A stretch of DNA of 64,000 nt from a virus, in the IMG/VR virus record IMGVR_UViG_3300007504_000006, positions 1-64,000 of that record, one strand, 5' to 3'. The position numbers were made by a program, and so were the translations under genes. Under the pieces are notes generated by a model. The model did no database searches and was not told the origin of the DNA. It was given only the letters and a program-made list of their open reading frames with translations. This document shows positions 56,095-64,000 of the stretch, one piece after another (the stretch's first letter is position 1; each line of letters opens with the position of its first letter).

Positions 56095-59000
56095 ATGGCT
56101 GATTTTATTCTAGGACGATTAAAGTTCAAATGGAAAGGTGACTGGGTTACCTCCACACAATATATTATAGATGATATTATTAAGTATGGAGCCAATACAT
56201 ATGTATGTATTGTTAATCATACTTCTGGTACTTTCTATACAGATTTAGATTCTAATTCGTACTGGTCTTTGCATACTGAAAGTTTTGCTTATAATTCGAG
56301 CAGTACTGCATGGGCTTCAGGCACTGAATATAAAAATAATGACGTAGTACGTTGGGGAGCGAATTTATATATTTGTAATGCTCATCATACTTCAGCCGCA
56401 GATTGGGCAACTAATTCAGCTAAATTTACTTTATTCGTACCAGGTTTAGAATTTGAAGATTCCTATAGTAATACTACACAATATCAAACAGGTGATGTTG
56501 TTACATATGGTGGATATACTTATACTGCAAAACAAGATTCAATAGGTAATTTACCTACTGCTACTACATACTGGGATTTATTTACTACTGGATTTAATGT
56601 TAAAGGTGAATATAATGCAGGTACAGCATATAATCCAGGTGATGTAGTAACTAGAAATGGTTATGTATATGTAGCAAAAGTAGACACTACAGGTAATGCT
56701 CCTACAATCCAAGATACAGATTCTAATTCACCTACATACAATGAAACAATTACAAATTCAGCTTATTGGGATTTAATTAATACAGGTTTTAAGTTCCAAG
56801 GAGATTGGTCCGGAGCATCAACTTATTATTTAGGTGATGTAGTAAAAGAAGGAAATAGTTCATATATTTGTGTAGATGAACACACAGGTGATGGTACCTC
56901 ATCCTCTGCTACTAAACCTCCATCGGCTTATTGGGATACATTGGCGGCAGGTGATACAACTATTGTTATGAATACACCTGGTGACATAATGATTCGAACC
57001 TCTACTAATACAAAATTAAATGTAGGTAAAAAAGGTTGGAAATTACGAGCAGATGAAGGACAAAATTATCCTGTACATTGGGATCCAGATGATGAATCAT
57101 ATACATGGTATGTTGATCCTCATAAAGGATCGGATGAAGAAAATCTTACCTACAGTCCCGGTGTAGTTTCAACAGGAAGTATGAGCACAGGCGAAGAATC
57201 AACTTGTACAAGAGACTTAGGATATGTGTTAGATGCTTCAAAATATGATATGGCAATGGGCACAAACTATATGCAACATATAGTAGGTCATAGAATGCAA
57301 TATGGTGTAAATGTAACAACCGGCGACAGATTAAGAGTATTAGGTGCTATTGATCATGCAAAATTAGCAACCATTGATATTAATAGTGTTAAAAATGAAA
57401 ATGCAATACTTCAAGAAGTTACCCAAGCATTTGATGAAGTTGTTGATATTATAAACAATGGTCATGCCGCGGCAGATGCCGCATCGTTTCCAGCATTTGG
57501 AGCAAGCACAAATAAACAAAATGCAGTATTACAAATGCAAGCAAATAAAAATTTTATTGCCGCAGAAGTAAATGCATGGGTAGAAGATTATATTGGGGCC
57601 ATGACAACACAAGAACAAGATTTATGTACAAGAGATTTAGGTTATGTTGTTAATGCCGCAAAAAATGATATGGCAATTGGCACAAATTATATGGCAGTTA
57701 TTACTGGCATTAGATTTAACTATGGGTTATATACTACATCCTCAGATAAAGTAAGAGTTCAAGATGCTATTGATCATTCGCAAGCATCAATTAAAGCATT
57801 AACTAATGTATCCGGAGCGGCTGAAACCGCAATAGATGCCGCCTATGCAGAAATTAAAGATATTATAGATAATGGTAATTCTTCTGCTGATGCTTTAACT
57901 TTTCCAGATTTTAATACAGGTAGATCAGATTGGACAGATAGAAAAAATGGTGGTTCCCAATTACAGGCAAATAAAGATTTTATTGCCGCAGATGTAAATG
58001 CATGGGTTACACAAAATTATCCATCTCATTTTGGTACATATGATGAAGCAAAATGTACAAGAGACTCAGGTTATCTTGTAGATGCTTTAACGTACGATTT
58101 AATGTATGGAGGTGATAGTGCAAGTGTAATAATGGCTAAGTCATTTTTTGATGGTGGAGTTTCACAATTAACAACTCCAACTGAAAGAAATGTAACTGTT
58201 TTAGCATATCAACATATGGCAACAATTGCAAGTGCTATTGTTCAAGAAACAACAGTAACACCCCAAACAGGAAACAGCGAAACTCAAGATACAACTGGTA
58301 CAGCCGCTACAGCCGCAGAAGGAACAATAGTTTCTAATTTAATGCAAATTACAGAAGATGCAATTACTGCTAATAGTGCTTCAGGTATACCAGCGGCTAC
58401 CTATCCAGATGTTGCAACCTCAACTCATATTACACCACATACAGATATTACAACAGATCAAACAACAATTATATCTAATGCGGTGGCTTCAGTTGCGAGT
58501 AGTGCTGGTTATGTTCACGATGCATCAAAATGTACACGAGACACAAAATATTTTGTTGATGCTATGTGTTATGATTTAATGTATGGAGGAGATTTTGGTA
58601 CTCTAGTATCTGCTAAATCTTTTTTTGATGCTGGAGTTTCTCAAATACCAGCAAATCATAGAGAAACAACAGGTTTAGCATATAATTATATGGCAGATGT
58701 ATTTAAGTATTGTATAGAAAAAACTACAGCATGGAATCCGGAACAATCTGTAATAACTCAAGATACTTCAAACAATGCAGGAACAAGTGCAGAAACTACA
58801 ATAGTAGATACAAATTTACAAGTTATAGAAGATGCAGTTAAAAATAATACTGCACCAACAGCATCAATAACATATCCTTCTATAGGAAATGCTTCTGCAA
58901 ATAACACTACAGCATTTAATGATATAACATCAAGTCAAGCAACTATTATATCAAATGCAGTGGCGGCAGTGGCGGCAGGACAAATAACAGGTGAAGGTAT

Positions 59001-61992
59001 ATCTGATTATGCAAGTGGTACAGCATATATTGCAGGTCATGTATGTCGATGGGCTCCTCCGACATGGGCAAATGCAGGAACATACACATTAGGTGAATTG
59101 GTTGCTCACACAGATGCAACCCATCCAGCCGTAAATAAATCAAGATGGTATAAATGTATAGATGCTACAAATGCAGGTACAACTGCTCCATCGACAGGAG
59201 GTACTGTATCGGCTCCGTGGAAATTAATTGCACCATCAGATCCTATTACACAAACAACAGCAGTAGATCCGAATAATGTTAATGTATATTATGGTAAAGA
59301 TCGATTATATGGAAGAACGGATATTACAACTACTACTAATTTTGGTGGTAACGAAACAATGTATAAAGTATACATGGCCATAAAAGATAGATCAGGTGTT
59401 GAACCAATAAATGCAGAAACAGGAAAAATAAATGATGGTTGGCGGGAAGTATTAAATGGTTTAAAAGTTGATGTATATGGTCAGGTAACAGGTGTTATTA
59501 CATGGGGTAAAAATCCAAGTGCGGCATTTAAAACAATTAGATATGCTTGTTCTAAAGCAAGATCTGGAGACCAAATTCAGGCGGCACCAGGAGTATATAA
59601 AGAGTTCTTACCAATAGTAATTCCTGCAGGTGTAGGTCTTCTAGGAAAAGAAATGCGTACAACTTTTGTTGAACCAAATATGGAAGACGACGGCGGGAAC
59701 GGAGTTGGAGTATCTATGTTAGGAGCAGGGTATCCTAATAATGAAGTTGCTATGTTTTATTGTAATGATGCAGTAACAGTTAGAGGTTTTACATTTAGAG
59801 GATTAGGAGGAATGGTAAAAGGGGTAGGTAGTCCTCATGAAGAGCCTATAGTTAAAGGTGTATGTTTTAGATTAGATCCTAATGGTGCAGTTAATCTTAA
59901 ATCTCCATTTATTCAAAATGCAGTATCAATTTGTGATGGTGGTGGAGGAATATACTGTGATGGTCATGATGCTCCATATGGCAAATATGCAAGTTTTTGT
60001 ACAAATGATTTTACTCAAATAAACTCAGATGGATTTGGATTATTTGCAACAAACAAAGGAAGAATTGAAGCGGTATCAGTGTTTACATATTATTGTCATG
60101 TAGGATTTACAACAACTCATGGCGGTGTTATACGTGCCGCAAACTGTAATAACTCATATGGAGAATATGGTTCAGTTTCTGAAGGTAACTTTGCAAATGA
60201 AACAAATTTAACTCAAAAAGTGGCATCTATAGATAATAGAACAGGTGAGGCCTTACCTTATAGAGTAGTTGTTGATGAAGTACAAGGCAAAGTTATACGA
60301 ATGGAATTTCAATATGCAGGTGAAACATATACAAGTTCTCAAGTTGCATTTGAAGCAGTTGGAGATAATGATGCAGGAACATCAGGAGCAGGTGGAGCGG
60401 CTACATTTACATCTACCCATGTTAACAATGGAATAATACGGATAACAGCATCAAATAATATATCAGCTCTTAATAGATATATCGGAAATGCTCAAACTGG
60501 AACAAATCCATCCTCAGGAACAGATGCTACTATTCAATTAACAGCAACATCTAATACAGTACCTGCGGCAAATTTTATAGGAATGACAGTTAATTGTTTA
60601 AGTGGTGCTGGAGCAGGACAATGGGGAATTATTAAATCTTATGATTTTGCCACAAAAATGGCAACAATAGATGGTGTGTGGACATCAATGACAGGTGATG
60701 CAACATCTGCACCAGATTATACTACTGTTTATGAAGTAGAACCTACTGTAGGTTTTACAGGTGGAGCGGCTCCGACTACAGTAGCAAAATTACGATGCCA
60801 AGTATCGAATGCGAGTACTGTAGAAGAAATTCTTATTATAGATCCAGGCCAAGGATATGATCCTACTAATATGCCTACTTTAACTATAACAGATCCAGGT
60901 GCAAATCAATCTGAAATAACTGGTTACAATGCTACAATGACTTTAGGTGATGGTGTACCAGTATGGACACGAACATCAGGCGGAGGAGGTTATCCAACAG
61001 GAATGACCCAAGGACAACTTACACCAGGAACAACAACAGCAACTATAGCAGGTGATGGATTTGCAGAAGTACCACAGGTAGGCGGTTATATGCAAGTAAA
61101 AGGGTTATATAGAGAACCTAAAGATGGATCAAATATGGAAATAGGAAGTGATCAAACATTTTATACCGTGGTTAATGTTGTAGGTTATACTAATGCTCAG
61201 GAAGGTACTCCAGTAGGTACTGCTAGAATTCAAATATCACCACAAATGACAACTGCAAAAGCACATGTTCATGGTACTAGTGTTCAATTTAGAGAAGAAT
61301 ATTCTAGTTGTAGAATGACAGGTCATGACTTTTTAGATATTGGTACAGGAGATTTTACAACATCTAATTATCCAGGAATACCAACTCAAAATGCAGACCC
61401 ATCCCACGAAGTTCAAGAACATTGTGGTGGAAGAGTATTTTTTACATCAACAGACCAAGATGGTAACTATAGTGTTGGAGGATTATTTTCAGTACAACAA
61501 TCAACAGGACGAGCAACTCTTAATGCAGAAGATTTTTCATTAGCAGGATTGAATGAATTAAAACTTGGTGCATTACAATTTTCAGGATATGGTGCAACAA
61601 TTGATGAGTTTTCCACTGACGGAACGTTAAGTGGTAATTCAGATAGTGCATTAGTAACAGAAAAAGCAATTAAAACGTATATTACAACCCAATTAGGAGG
61701 TGGTGATAACCAATTAGAGGTAAATACTGCTACAGTAGGTAATGTTTATATTGCTGGAACCACAGTTTCGACAAAAGCCGCATCAGGTCAAGATTTACAA
61801 ATAACTTCCGATAGTGGAAAAGTTGTGTTTACTGGTGAACCACAATCATCGGTGGCAGTAACAACTGATACTAGTTTAATTACAAAAACCTACTTTGAGG
61901 ACAATTTTTTAACTCAAAATTTAGTTTCAGATATTATGGAAACTTTAGATAATAATAGAGTAGCAGGAACAGCATCACCGGATACACCTTAA
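56095..61992 (+). CDS. giant virion/fibre protein (1965 aa): CBM5/12-like repeats, four phycobiliprotein-like repeats, beta-helix region
   Basis: N-terminal W...T.Y...DVV..GG..Y.C repeats; CTRD repeats at aa 371, 511, 654 and 813; FKTIRYAC...PGVYKE, SPFIQN, NDFTQINSDG, EAVSVFTYYC, N.N.SYGEYG; C-terminal GHDFLDIGTG, FTSTDQDGN. Confidence 0.8.
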   Translation: MADFILGRLKFKWKGDWVTSTQYIIDDIIKYGANTYVCIVNHTSGTFYTDLDSNSYWSLHTESFAYNSSSTAWASGTEYKNNDVVRWGANLYICNAHHTSAADWATNSAKFTLFVPGLEFEDSYSNTTQYQTGDVVTYGGYTYTAKQDSIGNLPTATTYWDLFTTGFNVKGEYNAGTAYNPGDVVTRNGYVYVAKVDTTGNAPTIQDTDSNSPTYNETITNSAYWDLINTGFKFQGDWSGASTYYLGDVVKEGNSSYICVDEHTGDGTSSSATKPPSAYWDTLAAGDTTIVMNTPGDIMIRTSTNTKLNVGKKGWKLRADEGQNYPVHWDPDDESYTWYVDPHKGSDEENLTYSPGVVSTGSMSTGEESTCTRDLGYVLDASKYDMAMGTNYMQHIVGHRMQYGVNVTTGDRLRVLGAIDHAKLATIDINSVKNENAILQEVTQAFDEVVDIINNGHAAADAASFPAFGASTNKQNAVLQMQANKNFIAAEVNAWVEDYIGAMTTQEQDLCTRDLGYVVNAAKNDMAIGTNYMAVITGIRFNYGLYTTSSDKVRVQDAIDHSQASIKALTNVSGAAETAIDAAYAEIKDIIDNGNSSADALTFPDFNTGRSDWTDRKNGGSQLQANKDFIAADVNAWVTQNYPSHFGTYDEAKCTRDSGYLVDALTYDLMYGGDSASVIMAKSFFDGGVSQLTTPTERNVTVLAYQHMATIASAIVQETTVTPQTGNSETQDTTGTAATAAEGTIVSNLMQITEDAITANSASGIPAATYPDVATSTHITPHTDITTDQTTIISNAVASVASSAGYVHDASKCTRDTKYFVDAMCYDLMYGGDFGTLVSAKSFFDAGVSQIPANHRETTGLAYNYMADVFKYCIEKTTAWNPEQSVITQDTSNNAGTSAETTIVDTNLQVIEDAVKNNTAPTASITYPSIGNASANNTTAFNDITSSQATIISNAVAAVAAGQITGEGISDYASGTAYIAGHVCRWAPPTWANAGTYTLGELVAHTDATHPAVNKSRWYKCIDATNAGTTAPSTGGTVSAPWKLIAPSDPITQTTAVDPNNVNVYYGKDRLYGRTDITTTTNFGGNETMYKVYMAIKDRSGVEPINAETGKINDGWREVLNGLKVDVYGQVTGVITWGKNPSAAFKTIRYACSKARSGDQIQAAPGVYKEFLPIVIPAGVGLLGKEMRTTFVEPNMEDDGGNGVGVSMLGAGYPNNEVAMFYCNDAVTVRGFTFRGLGGMVKGVGSPHEEPIVKGVCFRLDPNGAVNLKSPFIQNAVSICDGGGGIYCDGHDAPYGKYASFCTNDFTQINSDGFGLFATNKGRIEAVSVFTYYCHVGFTTTHGGVIRAANCNNSYGEYGSVSEGNFANETNLTQKVASIDNRTGEALPYRVVVDEVQGKVIRMEFQYAGETYTSSQVAFEAVGDNDAGTSGAGGAATFTSTHVNNGIIRITASNNISALNRYIGNAQTGTNPSSGTDATIQLTATSNTVPAANFIGMTVNCLSGAGAGQWGIIKSYDFATKMATIDGVWTSMTGDATSAPDYTTVYEVEPTVGFTGGAAPTTVAKLRCQVSNASTVEEILIIDPGQGYDPTNMPTLTITDPGANQSEITGYNATMTLGDGVPVWTRTSGGGGYPTGMTQGQLTPGTTTATIAGDGFAEVPQVGGYMQVKGLYREPKDGSNMEIGSDQTFYTVVNVVGYTNAQEGTPVGTARIQISPQMTTAKAHVHGTSVQFREEYSSCRMTGHDFLDIGTGDFTTSNYPGIPTQNADPSHEVQEHCGGRVFFTSTDQDGNYSVGGLFSVQQSTGRATLNAEDFSLAGLNELKLGALQFSGYGATIDEFSTDGTLSGNSDSALVTEKAIKTYITTQLGGGDNQLEVNTATVGNVYIAGTTVSTKAASGQDLQITSDSGKVVFTGEPQSSVAVTTDTSLITKTYFEDNFLTQNLVSDIMETLDNNRVAGTASPDTP

Positions 61993-62003
61993 AAGGATAA
62001 ATT

Positions 62004-63551
62004 ATGGCAACAGGTACAACAACAAAACAAACATTATTAGATCAAATAGATAGTAAAGTAACGACTGCAAATGCAACAGAAGTATCGCAACTTGCTAAAT
62101 CTATTAATAATGTACAAGAAGTAGTTCAAGAGGATAGGGTATTTTCTCAGCATCCAAGAGGGTCAAATGAATTGTATTTTGAACGAGATGCAGAATTTGT
62201 TATTTGGTGTGGTAGACAACAAAATCATGACTATGCTGGTGGTGGTTCTCTTATATATGATAGTAATTTAGATATTTACGATAGTACTAAATTTGCAGGA
62301 TATCATTGTTATAATGGAGGTGTTGATGGTACATATGGTCATCATGGTTGGGGTTCAACCGAAGCATGGGATCATGGTGGAAATCATTGTTGGTTAGACA
62401 CTACCTGCCATTCACATCAATATCATTGTTATATTGCTGGAACAGATGCAATAGGTGAATTAGGCCATTATAGATTAAAAATGGGAGAAGGCGGACATAT
62501 AGGTTATTATACTTCTCATTTAGGTACCTTTAGAAATCGAGAAATGTCTAAAATAGGATCTTGGGAAGTCCGTGATAATAGATATTATGTTACCTATACT
62601 CATAATCAATGTGGTATTCTCAATAGATTTATGACAGAACATGGTAGAGCAACTGCAACATCAACAAAACATATACCTGGTCAAACAGGTAACAATTATG
62701 GTTGTACCTCATTTAACAGAAAACGAAAAGAAGCGGTTTTTATTAATCCTGCTCAACCTGTAATGGATTATGCTAGTCATCATTTAACTTCTACAAATAG
62801 TCATCACTGGAATGCTATTACTAATGGTGGTGAGATGTACGCTATGGAAGGCAACCAAATGAATAGGCATCGTTGCCGAATATATTATGGTATCCAGCAG
62901 ATTGATGGTGCAACTAACTTAGAAAAAGTATTAGATGATAAAACTGCAAAAAATTTATACTTTAATTGGATTTATGGTATGAATAATAGTTATATAGGTT
63001 CACATTGGCAACAAAAATGTACTTTAGTTGATAATGGATCTATTTTTGCAATGACACAAAATCCATATAACTCGTATACATTGGCAAGATTAGTTAGACA
63101 ACGAGATGATAGAGCAATTAGGTTTGAAACAAGACAGACACAACGATGTAACAATTGCTACGGTCAACATGACAATCACACCGCAGGTGTGAGAATTGTA
63201 ATGAGTAGAAATAAACGTAATGTATGCATGTTTGGACCATATTATTATTATGGCGCAGGAATGTGCGGTTGGATTATTGCAAGAGATACATCAAGAGAAT
63301 ATCCGGAATTATGGAGTTACCATACAAGTCACGGAGTACAAATAAGTCCATTTAGAGATGCAGATTTTTATTTACATGTGTCGCATGATTGGAATGATTG
63401 GAGCGGTTATAATAAAACTTCAAGAATAGCTTTTCAAAACGGAAAAGGACATTTTGAATCGTATTGGGTTGGTAATCAAATGGATTCAAATGGGCACACT
63501 ACACAACATCCGGCAGTTTGTCCACTTCATAAAGACGGTTTAACATATTAA
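62004..63551 (+). CDS. His/Trp/Cys/Tyr-rich putative fibre-associated (receptor-binding) protein
   Basis: Short helical N-terminus, then an aromatic/His-rich body; follows the giant fibre gene. Confidence 0.6.
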   Translation: MATGTTTKQTLLDQIDSKVTTANATEVSQLAKSINNVQEVVQEDRVFSQHPRGSNELYFERDAEFVIWCGRQQNHDYAGGGSLIYDSNLDIYDSTKFAGYHCYNGGVDGTYGHHGWGSTEAWDHGGNHCWLDTTCHSHQYHCYIAGTDAIGELGHYRLKMGEGGHIGYYTSHLGTFRNREMSKIGSWEVRDNRYYVTYTHNQCGILNRFMTEHGRATATSTKHIPGQTGNNYGCTSFNRKRKEAVFINPAQPVMDYASHHLTSTNSHHWNAITNGGEMYAMEGNQMNRHRCRIYYGIQQIDGATNLEKVLDDKTAKNLYFNWIYGMNNSYIGSHWQQKCTLVDNGSIFAMTQNPYNSYTLARLVRQRDDRAIRFETRQTQRCNNCYGQHDNHTAGVRIVMSRNKRNVCMFGPYYYYGAGMCGWIIARDTSREYPELWSYHTSHGVQISPFRDADFYLHVSHDWNDWSGYNKTSRIAFQNGKGHFESYWVGNQMDSNGHTTQHPAVCPLHKDGLTY

Positions 63552-63563
63552 GGTGATTTAACA

Positions 63564-64000
63564 ATGGCAAATGAAACTATTAAACAAGCAAAAGATGCAG
63601 TTTTAGATAGAATAACAACATTAGCAGAAGATGCTAATACAAATGCTTCAGATACTATATTATTAACAGATGCATTAACAACAGTTAATGATGGAGTAGA
63701 TGAAACTACAGCAATTAAACCAGCACCAGATTATCATTATCGTAATACTAGACCAGAATATGGTGTATGGTCTTCACACCATAGTCATGGTGGTGGAGGA
63801 ACAATTGTTGATGAATTAGCATATCCTATTAGACAACGAGGATATTGGCATAGTAGTTATGAAGATACTGCCGATGGTTGTTGGAATGGTATTTATTCCG
63901 GCGGAATGAAAGAACAATGGGCTGATAATAACTGTTATTATAGATGTAATGATCATGCACCAACCGGTGCAGATTGTTATTTAAATGGTACAACTTCTTG
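63564..64000 (+). CDS. probable paralog of the previous gene, 3'-truncated by the window
   Basis: MANETIKQAKDAVLDRITT...RPEYGVWSSHHSHGGGGTIVD aligns by eye with KQTLLDQIDS...AEFVIWCGRQQNHDYAGGGSLIYD; open to the window end. Confidence 0.7.
   Translation, partial: MANETIKQAKDAVLDRITTLAEDANTNASDTILLTDALTTVNDGVDETTAIKPAPDYHYRNTRPEYGVWSSHHSHGGGGTIVDELAYPIRQRGYWHSSYEDTADGCWNGIYSGGMKEQWADNNCYYRCNDHAPTGADCYLNGTTS

Noticed and set aside
1059-61543. Many short antisense or alternate-frame ORFs in the track (e.g. 2445..2903 -, 24250..24630 +, 41965..42357 -, 50516..50971 -)
   Set aside because: They overlap well-supported genes, lack an RBS or recognisable motifs, and are expected shadows of biased codon usage.
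1-64000. Alternative genetic code (stop-codon reassignment)
   Set aside because: Core genes are full-length in the standard code, and TAA, TAG and TGA all serve as stops at tightly packed gene ends.

Overview
This is a 64-kb, AT-rich, densely coding fragment of a large T4-like (myovirus-type) dsDNA phage, probably aquatic. The host is unknown; the Prs looks alphaproteobacterial, which is a weak hint only. All family assignments come from motif recognition, not database searches. Layout: (1) 1-6.2 kb (+): small accessory genes, prs, a 2OG-Fe(II) oxygenase, an ATP-grasp-like gene and two lipoproteins. (2) 6.2-37.2 kb (-): one long late block of baseplate genes and large modular tail/fibre proteins, ending in an enzyme cassette (U32-like/methyltransferase fusion, Cys-cluster protein, oxygenase, membrane protein). 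(3) 37.2-44.6 kb (+): gp55 late sigma, two oxygenases, gp47/gp46, a DHODH-like gene, a Holliday-junction resolvase, a ~350-nt hairpin-dense intergenic element and a HAD nucleotidase. (4) A gp26-like/gp51-like pair (-) joined by a candidate -1 frameshift, divergent from a tape-measure-like gene. (5) The head module (gp20, core proteins, gp21, gp22, gp23), then more virion/fibre genes. Most notable: four phycobiliprotein-like (C-x-R-D, globin-fold) repeats inside a 1965-aa virion protein; neighbouring fibre genes carrying a PQQ-type sugar dehydrogenase propeller and an amicyanin-like copper site; the structured intergenic element; and the G/GT-style frameshift. I saw no tRNA, rRNA, CRISPR array, reverse transcriptase or transposase.
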